Of a DNA stretch of 64,000 bases, positions 49,981 through 60,533 are shown one piece after another. The stretch lies in assembly GCF_016433145.1 (NCBI RefSeq), contig NC_058135.1, positions 55,936,367 to 56,000,366 of the forward strand, read 5' to 3'. Positions within the stretch are counted from its first letter, which is position 1; each line of letters opens with the position of its first letter. The translations under genes were made by a program, and so were the position numbers. The DNA is from Gracilinanus agilis (taxonomy: Eukaryota). Below the pieces are notes generated by a model. That model was not told where the DNA came from. It did no database searches and was given only the letters and a program-made list of their open reading frames with translations.

Positions 49981-50857
49981 AGTTCCATACACAGATGAAA
50001 TAATAGGTTCTCCCATACCTCTCTGCAGAACAAAAAGAGGGGGGTGAGAGTGAAGGTCAGGAAGAGGAAGGAGAGATCAGGCCATAAAGCTTTTGGTTTC
50101 AGATGAGTGTACAGAAATCTACAAAGGTATAACACACGGTAAATCAGAGATGTAATGCAAGGAGGCAAATTTGACTTCATATAGTATCATTGAGACTTAG
50201 GATAATTCCTATGATTTGAATGTGGTTCTGGAAAAAGATAATAATAGTGCTGATGACAGCTAGAATTTACATGATGACTTAAGTTTTGCAAAGTGCTTTA
50301 CAAATATTCTCTCATTTGATCCTCTAAATAATACTGGGAGGTAGGTCCTGCTATTATCCCATTTTGTAGATGAGGAAATTGAGGCAAGGAAAAATAACTT
50401 ACTCTGAGTCACACATTAAGTATCTGATGTTGTATTTGAACTTGAGTCCTCTTAACTATAAGTCCAATACCCTATTAACCACAGCATTTCACTACCTCAG
50501 TACCAGAAGTTGTTGGGTGAGATTGGGGAGGAGTAGATTCACATATTAAGAAAATGTTTTGATGAGAAAAATTCTAGGAACTAGAAAAGGGGAATCTGGT
50601 GAAGATCAGAAGAAACAAAAGTAATATTATCATTGGAGTGTATTATAAATCATTCATTCAGAGAAAGAAAATGAGGGAGTTTGGGGAAAAGTACAAGCTT
50701 GGAAAAGAAGCATGGCCAAAGAGGGGCTTTAATTTTGAGGACATGTATTGGAATCCTATTTGGTTTTTAATCCCTTGAGAATATAAATTCCTCAAAGGTA
50801 AGAACTGTGTTGCTTGTATTTCTAACCTCAAAATTAGCACAGTGCCTGGCACATCAT

Positions 50858-51214
50858 NNNNNNNNNNNNNNNNNNNNNNNNNNNNNNNNNNNNNNNNNNN
50901 NNNNNNNNNNNNNNNNNNNNNNNNNNNNNNNNNNNNNNNNNNNNNNNNNNNNNNNNNNNNNNNNNNNNNNNNNNNNNNNNNNNNNNNATCTATCATCAAT
51001 CTATATCTNNNNNNNNNNNNNNNNNNNNNNNNNNNNNNNNNNNNNNNNNNNNNNNNNNNNNNNNNNNNNNNNNNNNNNNNNNNNNNNNNNNNNNNNNNNN
51101 NNNNNNNNNNNNNNNNNNNNNNNNNNNNNNNNNNNNNNNNNNNNNNNNNNNNNNNNNNNNNNNNNNNNNNNNNNNNNNNNNNNNNNNNNNNNNNNNNNNN
51201 NNNNNNNNNNNNNN
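50858..51214. other. Two N-runs (50858-50987, 51009-51214) flanked by (ATCT)-like sequence
   Basis: N characters. Confidence 0.99.
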
Positions 51215-51289
51215 CTCTGTCTACCTTTCTATGTACCAATCATCTATCTGTCTACCTAAGTGCTCACAAGGAAGTTAAGAAGATATTTG

Positions 51290-52010
51290 TCACTTTGGGC
51301 ATAGTTAAACAAATTATGTTTGTGGATAGAATGTAATACTACTGTGCCATAAGAAGGAATTAATATTAAAAATTCATAGAATCCTGAGAGGACAATTGAC
51401 TCTGGATGAAGTAGAACTGCAGATTTAATGACTAAAATAACTAAAATGGAAAGAACAATAATAAAAATGAAACTGATTGTCCTGAAATTATAATTTGTAA
51501 TCTTGACCCCAGAGAATAGTTGAGAGAGGAATGAATGAGCCATTAAATGAAAAAGCCATTATCAAGCATCTATTGTACTTAATGCTGGGAATACAAATAT
51601 AAAAGTGAGTCAGTCCCTCCCTTTGAGGAACTTACATCCTAAGAAAAGAATACAATAAATATAGAGAAACCATGCCCAGGAAAGGGAAATTTCTTGGAAG
51701 TCAAATAGATGGATTTATTCCTTCATTGCTGAGGTGGGGGGGGGGGGTAGGGATATAGAATATCCATATTCAGACATGGTCAATGTTGGTTTTTATGATT
51801 ATCAAATGAGATAACATATGTAAAGCACTTTGCAAACCATAAAGGACTAAATGCAAAATTGTTGGCTATTATTATTATTATTATTGTATTTGCAAATTGG
51901 AACAAATTCTTGCAAATGAGTCCATTTGCAATTATGAGCTATGGAAAATAAGTCTATGAAGAAGGGATATATTTTGAAATTAATATTATTTGAAAGAAAA
52001 AAAATTTTTT
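51290..52010 (+). mobile_element. Old L1 3' end interrupted by L2 (51540-51660, minus) and a MIR tail
   Basis: aacaaattatg..gaatgtaatactactgtgccataagaa..; G-run at 51733; tttgaaattaat..aaagaaaaaaa tail. Confidence 0.6.
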
Positions 52011-52379
52011 TAGTTAGTTGAATTAAGTGGAAGTCAGGGAAGGAGGGAGTATTGGGATGGGGAGGTAACTAATAGCGTCAGATTTTACAGAGGTCAAGAA
52101 GGATGAAGATTGGGAAGGAGCTATGAAATTCCATGATTAAGGAGTTATTACTGACCATAAAGAGAGTGTTTCAGAAGGGTGGAGGAAAAGAAATTTTTAT
52201 TATGATTTAAGTCACAGAAAAATGAATGCAGCGAGCATATATTGTTTTTTTTTAAGCTTGTGCCCATTTCTGTTAGTTTTCATGAAAAAATTTGTTTTTT
52301 TTCTCTTTGGGACTCACTTGAAAGGTACCTGAGAGAAAGGAAAATAAGTAGATAGATATCACAGTAGGAAGAACACAAA

Positions 52380-52620
52380 GTATTCATCAAGTTAAAAAGA
52401 TCTAAATATGAATATGGTCTCAGTTACCTTTTGTGTGACACTGGGCAAATGACTTAATGTCTCTGTGCCTCAGTTTCCTCATCTATAAAATGGGGGTAAT
52501 AACAACATTTACCTCACAGAGTTGTTGCAAGGTTCCTCATGAGCTACATCTGTACAGCACTTTGCAAACCATAAAGTATTATCTAAATGCCAGTTGATTA
52601 TTATTATTACTAATATTATT
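52380..52620 (+). mobile_element. MIR-type SINE
   Basis: ctctgtgcctcagtttcctcatctataaaatgggggtaataac. Confidence 0.85.
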
Positions 52621-54918
52621 TCAATAAATTGGGAACAAATGCTTGCAAATAAATCTATTTACAAATATGGGACAATATACACATAGAACCATATCTGCAT
52701 TATCAATAATGTTTATTTACATTTCAAATAGCTTTAAAGCCATAATAGCAACTTCTACGTGCTATTTAGGGAACAAAACAGAGAAGAAAAGTAAGAAGGA
52801 AATGGACTGGAAAGAATCCATGCCCAATTTTCCAGTCCAAGAGGAGACAGCTACACTGCCATCCACACACCAAGAATGTCCACAGCTATCCAAACTCACA
52901 GCAAGATATCTGCCTTCCAAGCTCTCAATGGAAAGTGCAGAAAGTACCGTCCTTTGGGATGCTATTGAACTTCAGAGGATATCAAATTAGCACTCTTGGC
53001 AGTGGCCTCTAACTGCTGGAGTTAAATTATTTTGGTTTTTGTGGTTAAATAATTAATGTTGCCTCAGTTGTTAGAACTCCAAATGCTGTGGTTAAATTCT
53101 TACTGTCTGGGATGCCCTTGCTGTTTCTATGATTTCTAGATAATTTGGCCAATTACTGAATTGCAGGCCATTTTGTTTAATTTCCATCAGACAATACCAC
53201 CTTGGCATTTTGCTTACTAGTAAAGAGAGAATTTTGTTGGTAATGTGAAGTTCTAGGACCCGAGCTACAGAGCATTACATATTTATCGTCTTTATCTCGA
53301 TTCTATACACAGGTTTAACATGACAGCTTACAAAACAATCTGACCCCGATTATTTTTCTTCTTTATTCCCCACAATGGGAGAGTGGGGTGTCACTTTATA
53401 TCCATTGATCATGTACTATGACCCTATAAATCCTCCTAATGACCACCTGTACAACAAGCCACCCACAAAGCTCCATAGCTCTAGAGTAAGTGTTGTGTAG
53501 GAGGCAAGGCAAAGCAGGAACCAGCCCCAAAGCATATCCCCATGGTGATTTTCTGAGAGGTAGCAGCCAGCTTCTCCATCCTTCTGGAGACAGCATCACT
53601 CATGAGAGGTATAGAAACATTAGAAACAAATAGAAGATTGAATACACAAGATCATAAAGTTAGCTCTAAAAGGAACCTTTGGGAATAACATACTCATTTT
53701 ACAAAGAAAGAAACAGGAGCAGAGAAAATTGGCTTTCTTAAGGTCACATAGTGATATGATGGTAGAGACCAGACATTACCAATCCTCTACTCTCATCAGT
53801 CACAGAGATGATTACTGCAAGGAGGGTGGATGCTGATGCTGACAGTAGCTCCCCTATCTTTCACTTCTGCCACTATATCACCTCATTCACTATCAGGAGA
53901 GAAGAAGGATCCATCACCCTCACCTCCAAAATCCTTCTCCTATTTTCCTTGGCATTCCTACACATCGAGAGGGTGAGAAAAGATGGGGAAAGGGGAAGGA
54001 GAAGGCAAACAGCAGTTGCAAAGGAGTAGCTGTGGCAGATTGGGGAAATAGAGGGTTTGGGTGGGGACATGGTCTTTCCTTGGGCACTTAAACAGTTTAT
54101 TCCAGCTTTGGGATCTGCTATGTAGCCTTTAGAAGAGCAGCCACACTGTGGGCTGGTGGAATCTGATTTTCTGAAGGAATTATATTCAAGCCACCTGGAG
54201 AAGAAAGGAGGGAAGAGACTAGTGGAGTGTAAAGAGGCTCTGATCACTGGATTCAGGAGGAGAAGGGCAGAGAAGAGAAGAAGGGAATAGAGAAAGATAA
54301 TTTGCTTAGGGAGGAAATAAACAACAGGGGAATGAAGAATCTCTTCTTTTCGAAGGATGTGCTTGAGGTGAACATAGAAAGAAAACTAAGCTTTCTAAAT
54401 GGCAGATTTTAGTATGGAGGGTATCCAGGCATGGGGAATAATCAGTACTGAAATGGGTGATGAAGTGCATTTCCATGTGTTTAAGTATGCGTGTATGTGA
54501 ATATGTATATATTATGTATGTATAGTCACATTCAGCCTCTACTGAGATCTTTTTCCCCTTTCTCCTAAGACACTTTAAGAGTATAAGAAAAATTTAAGGG
54601 TGTACACACCTTAGAAGCTGCTTAAGACAAAGACCCCCCATGTGAGGTGTTACTGAACTGCATAGTCAATAGTTTTGGATGATTTGAATAATCCAATCCA
54701 AATGCTTAAGGGGGAAAAAAGGGTAATAGTCCCAAGTGATGCTCATCCCCAGGATCAAAGGGAGAATGCATATTAACGTTTTAGATCACACTACCTGAAG
54801 ATGGAGGTAATTCATGACATTTTCATGTGAGCACAGGATATGAGAAGTCAGAAAAGAAAGGTAACAGCTAAAAGCCAGAAGAGGGCACCAGTGAACCAAT
54901 TGAAATTGACCTGTAAAC

Positions 54919-54945
54919 AAAAAAAAAAAAAAAAAAAAAAAAAAA
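54919..54945 (+). repeat. poly(A) run
   Basis: directly visible. Confidence 0.95.
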
Positions 54946-55486
54946 GGAATGGGTAGGAATGGTAGTGAGATAAGAAGGTGGCAATATGTGTCCTCGAGCT
55001 TCTGATGAATACCATCTCATACCAATATTCATTTGTGACAGCTATTTCAGTAAGGCTTCCACAAGCAACTCTCCTCCTCTATCTTTTGTCACTACGAATT
55101 TTTCTCCTCTTCTGTATCTAAATTAATGAGACAATGGATCAATTATGGTATTCTGAGACTACAGTATGCTTCCTTTAGAAAGGTATGTGGTAGTTCCATA
55201 TTTTCCACAACACTTATGGCATATATAATGTTTGTAGGAAGGAACAAACTATTCTACTTCTAGGCTCCTTTGGAACTTACCATCCTGCTTTCCTCCCCCA
55301 AAAAACTCATCACTGGGAAATCTTATGATAGGACTTCCAAGGAAAAGTTCTAAGAAAGGAAGATTTATCTCTTTTTGGATATGGAAATGAGATTCTCCAC
55401 CTGAATGAGTTAGTGTCAGGAGTAGACTCCCATTCTTTTTCTTTATTGCTGGCTGTGAATGAAGCCAGTAGAAGAGAAGGCAGCTA

Positions 55487-55715
55487 GGTGGATAGAGTAT
55501 CAGATCTGGAATTAGGAAGACTCATCTTCCTGAGTTCAGATTTGGTCATAGATACTTACTAGTTGTGTGGTCTTAATATTGGTTTTGCCTCAGTTTCCTT
55601 ATTTGTAAAATGAGCTGCAAAAGAAAATGGCAAACCATTCTAGTATTCCTGCCAAGAAAACCCTAAGCAGGGTCACAAAGAGTCAGGTTTGATGGAAAAA
55701 CAACTGAGCAACACC
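55487..55715 (+). mobile_element. Mar1 SINE
   Basis: ggcagctaggtggatagag head; atggcaaaccattctagtattcctgccaagaaaaccc tail. Confidence 0.85.
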
Positions 55716-55890
55716 ATAAAAAGAGGGAGTCCTTAGATTCAAATCAAATAGCAGTAAGAGTATTCAGAGAAAGTATTGTGCCTCCTAATGATTATGATCA
55801 AATATCATGAGATGGCACCTATGAGAAAATATACTGTAACAGTATGTCTGAGAGAGTATTCCATCAAAGGATGCTGAAACAAGCATTCCA

Positions 55891-56020
55891 ACTGGGGCAG
55901 CAGGGAATTGCAGCTGAGGTCACTGGAGAGAGCTATGTAGAAGTTTTGCCAGCTGGGCAGCAGAAAACTGCAGCTGAGGTCATAAGAGAGATGGGAGCAG
56001 GGAGCAGAGCAGCTGAGAAA
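55891..56020 (+). repeat. 60-bp tandem duplication (about 2.2 units)
   Basis: gcagca....tgcagctgaggtca....gagag at 55891 and 55951; CAGCTG pairs exactly 60 bp apart. Confidence 0.85.
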
Positions 56021-56149
56021 TTATTGACTTTCCTTACTAGTAATTTCATATTTCAGAAACTGGAGGAAGTGACAGTTTTGCCCTGATTCTGATCAGAGAG
56101 GTGGTGATGATGGTAACTTCAGGAGAAAGTAGAACTTCATCTTAGAACT

Positions 56150-57420
56150 TGTGATAGGTAAGGAAGGTCAATGTTCAATGTGTACTTAGACTGGGGAGAA
56201 CAGGTTGGAACTTGCAAAATTTCAGAAAAAAAGAAGAGTTTTCTGAGAAGCTTCTCTAAGAAAGGTAGACTCACTAAGGAGGTTCTCCAGAATGAGACTG
56301 TAGCTCATTTGCAACCAACCTTTAATAAGAAAGAACAGGAGCCATTGTCCAAAGAACCCAATGCCGACCCATAAGGAAGTCAATGACCATCTAAAACTTC
56401 TAAAAGACACACAGAAAAGAGAAACCAGAACAATACAAAAGTATAATTCCAGCAATACCAAACCTTAGAATAAGATAAGGCTGGCAATGAATATTAAGGA
56501 AAGAAAATGGACTTCTTTTAAACATTATTTTGGAATTAGAGGACTATCACAGAAGCCATAGGGTCAGCATTGGGTCGTGGCTCATACCAGTTGTCAGAGC
56601 GAAGATTAAGCTATTCATTTTTTGCTTCTGTTTTTTCTAGAAATGTGAATGATCTTTGAACTAAGAAGTATGAAAGAAAGAAGAAATGGTTATGAATAAA
56701 TTGAAAGCCAAGATACGTTAGGCAGTCACAAGCATCAAAATGTCCGCAATGAATTCAAATTGCTCATTTATTCAATGTAATTCCCTAAATTATATTGAGG
56801 CTCTGGGCTACATACCAAAGTCCTAAAAGAAGTTGAAGATTGATTGATGAACCTTTGAGAAGTCTTAGGGGAATATAATAACTTTCTTCTAATATTTGGA
56901 AGGGTTAAATTTACACTTCCAGTTCCAAAGAGCAAGACTAGGAGATATATAAAAGCTGAAACAAGACAAATTTAGGGCTTGAAGAAAAATGATGACAAAC
57001 TTCCTATCCATTAGTGCTGTCTCATAGTAGAATGGATTGCCTCAAAAAGTACTGAGTTCCACATCTCTGTTATCACAGTTGTTCAATTGTGTCTGAGTCT
57101 TCATAACCCTATTTTCTTAGCAAAGAGAGTGGAGTGGCTTGCCATTTCCTTCTTCAGCTCAATTTTACAAATGAGAAGATTGAGGCAAACATGGTGAAGT
57201 GATTTGCCCAGGGTCACACAACTTGCATATGTCTAAAAATGGATTTAAACTTAGGTCTTCCTGACCTCCAGGTCCAGTGCTTTATCTATTGTACCACCTA
57301 GCTAGAGGACTTCAAAAAGAGACTGAATGATGGACCACTCATAAGAGATACTGCTCCTTCTTTAGGTGTGGGTTGGACTAAATATCTGAGGCCCCTTCCA
57401 ACTCTGAGATTCTATGTAAT
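56150..57420 (+). mobile_element. CR1/L3 LINE remnant with internal deletions, split by a minus-strand Mar1 (57072-57302)
   Basis: aggctggcaatgaatattaagg..ttttgcttctgttttttct..gaatgatctttg resembles CR1 ORF2; 3' end gggttggacta..gaggccccttccaactctgagattctatg. Confidence 0.7.
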
Positions 57421-57763
57421 ATTAAATCCCAAGTGGAAATGCAAACAATTTGTTGTGAGATCTTTTTATTCCAGACTACTTTTTATTTCTTACTCCAGAT
57501 TAGCTGTTTGCATGTTGTCCTTCATAAACCAGCTGCCCGAGTTCCCTGAATCTGTATTTGATGTAAGTCTATTCAAGTATCTCTAGGTACTGCCTTGAAT
57601 AACCCTTCCTTGATTCTGCTTATCCTTCCCCAGTCCCAACCTGAATAATCCCTAACTGAATGTTACTACTTTGCATTATGGATTTTTCCCTCTCTTTAGA
57701 AATGTGGTGGATGGAAGAGTCCTGACACAAAGATGGAGACAGTAGAGTATAATGGAAAGACAT

Positions 57764-58022
57764 TATAAAATTAAAATTAATATCCAAAAACTCCAAGTAT
57801 TATATTTTATAAGATTTATTAGTAATCACTTGAAGTAAAAGAAATAAAAGACAAAAAGTAAAAACCTGAGTAATGAGAAATTTTTCCCAGCTGCTTTCAC
57901 GTGAAAAGAGTGAGAGGGGTGGGGGTCCTAGAAACTTTATCTCCAAAATGTAAGGAGGTAATGTGAGAATGAAAGTAGGATGCTGGGAATTGGAGTCCTG
58001 GGAAGCGGATTCTAATTATACA
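57764..58022 (-). mobile_element. Short solo LTR inserted in a MIR
   Basis: minus strand tgtataattagaa...ctaataaatcttataaaat...; MIR head pieces lie on both sides. Confidence 0.55.
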
Positions 58023-58920
58023 AAATGAGACAGGTAATGAGATGGCCAGGGTTTGAATCCGGGCTATAACGCTGCTTAGTTGTGGGACCATGGACATGTT
58101 CAAATCTATCACCAATTAAAAGGGGATGGTTATACCGGAAATAGCTTTATCAATGGATTATCATCAAATATGTACTTTGTCAACCTCAAAATACAATATC
58201 AATATGTGCTATTAGTACATGTGTACTACTACTACTAATAATAAGGACTATTATTAGAAAGCTTGGAAGGATCTGTCCATGGACAGGCAAACTTCCTTCA
58301 TGATGGTAATTCTGTTTTGCAGTAAAGTGCTTCTATTTTCATATATTTTTATATTTTAAGAGAAGGAGAAAAATGGTGGTGGTCATTCAGAATTCCAAAC
58401 TTTCTAACTTATGCTATTTTAAGTAAGGTACCAGAATGGTCACAGCTAGAGTAACTAATATAAGGTTCATTAAAAAGGGACGCAGGAAGATAAATATAAA
58501 TTTGATGTGCATATAGACAGGCTTTAAGGCTTACAAAGTCCTTGAATTCCAACAACCAAATGAAATAGGCATTTCAAATATCATTTATCCCCATTTTACA
58601 AATAAGGAAGCTGAGATTTTAAACATCTAGATGGACTTTGAGATAGAGGTAAGACATAATTTTATGTTTTCTGTTAGCATTTTAATCATATTGCTTATGT
58701 CACATATATATTTGATGTATAAGTTTTAAGGCCTTGTAGATACCAAATATAATATTTAGACTCATTAAGCAATCTCAGAACAGACTTTATACTAAATATT
58801 TTATAACTGTTGCTGCATAAATGAATTGCTTTTGAAAATACAATGATACAATAGGACTTTGGCTCAATTCTGCCTCAAATATTTTTCTGGTTCAAGTTAC
58901 CACTGGAAAAAAAATGAATT

Positions 58921-59170
58921 ATGGAATAAGTTGTCTCAAAAGATTAGTCATTGGTGTTAGTAATGACCTGTAGGTCATTGGTTTGTATCCAGTACAAGAA
59001 GGTAGTGACCCAAGCTGTTAATATCATTTAGCTATTGGGCGGCCACTATTCAAAATCCATGGTTGGTTAAATTTTTGTTTGTTTGTTTATGGACAGATGT
59101 TCATTCGTATCAGAAAACGCCTCCTACAGTTCACATGTTATTTGACCTACTTGTGTTCTGAGAACGGCTG
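58921..59170 (+). mobile_element. LF-SINE 5' half
   Basis: ctgtaggtcattggtttgtatccagtacaagaaggtagtgacccaagctgtta..gctattgggcggcc and tggacagatgttca..atcagaaaacgcctcctacagtt are collinear with the LF-SINE consensus as I recall it. Confidence 0.75.
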
Positions 59171-60477
59171 ATGTTTGCCTTGACAATGCTTAAGACAATA
59201 CGAAATGCATTAAACAAATCTCTCATTCATTAAGGGGAGTCGCACGGATAACGAAATAAAAGTGGCACTTTATCGTAATAGAACCCTTAATGCACGTGAT
59301 GCCATTTCACTTACTTAATGATCCTATGAGCAATAGAATGGAAGTTTTATTGTCTTCATTTTACAAATGAGGAAACTGAGGCTCAGCCATTGAATGACAA
59401 AAACTGGTGGTCCTGGGACTCAAATCCAGGCTCCCAGACTCCAGCTACAAATGATTTTCCCTACTAGAAAATGTTGCCAAAACACGACCGAATGATGCAA
59501 AAATGACATGGTTTCCTCGTGATATATCTAGTATACTCAGCTTATATATAACATCGACTAATTTCAAAGAAAAATATTAGCTAAATCAGCTTTTGTTATT
59601 GTCACCCAAAAAACAAATCAATTTTTGATTAATAGATTTTTTTTTATTTTAAAGATGTTTTGGCATCACAGATTCATTTAAAAAAGCAACAAATATTTCT
59701 CATCCTCTGCAATAACCTTCATAAATAAGTGGAAAAAAGATCAGTCAGAATACTGGTCCCTATTTTATAGACAACTAAATGCAAACACAATGAAGGGAAG
59801 CAACTTTTTATAAAGCAGCCTCCTCAACGAGATCCCACAAATCATTCCAGTAGCGAGGCTTCAAATTCAATTTTCCCAAGTCCCAACCCAGTGAACATTC
59901 TTCTAACAGGACGATATTATATCTCTGGAGAAACTGTAATGCATATGAGTCTAGAACAAGAATGTGATATGTGGCTGAAGTAATTTTTGAATTTTGGTAT
60001 ATTATTTACATGTGCGTTTTCAATATTAGGGGAAAGTCTAGGATGCTCCAAGATCCTCCCAGAATAGTTCACTCCAACAGGGCCTAGAAATGGTTTCCTT
60101 TCACTAGTTGAAGAAATGCAAACTTTGTCTCATTTTATAAAAGGGGAACAGATGACCTCTGAAGGGAATACTAAGGGAGAGTGTGGCAATGTCAGAGCAA
60201 CAGCTGGACTACGTTTCAGCAACTTTGTCCCCTTTGCTCTGCGTTATTGCACGACAACAAAATGATAGATGCTTTTGGTTAAATAACTATTAAAATAGTT
60301 GGCCAGTTCTACACAAGGTAAATTTCCTATTATTTCAACTTTCAACTCTCTATTATCTACTTGAATTAGACAATATTTTGTGCCAAGGACCCATGCTGAT
60401 GGATGAACCCAATGTCATTTATAATTGCCTTGGGGATGCATTGTCTGATTTGCCGTGCTTTCACTCAGGAAACTTAC

Positions 60478-60533
60478 CTTCCAAATCGTGTTTCATTTAG
60501 GCTGATGACAGAGAGAGGTGATTCAAATATGGT
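60478..60533 (-). other. Candidate 56-nt exon of an unidentified minus-strand gene
   Basis: ttttcctgtag|ACCATA..TTTGGAAG|gtaagt; one open frame TIFESPLSVISLNETRFG; no homolog recognised. Confidence 0.35.

Noticed and set aside
52643-52990. 115-aa ORF, considered as a possible endogenous viral element or pseudogene
   Set aside because: No recognisable viral or cellular motif; non-ATG start.
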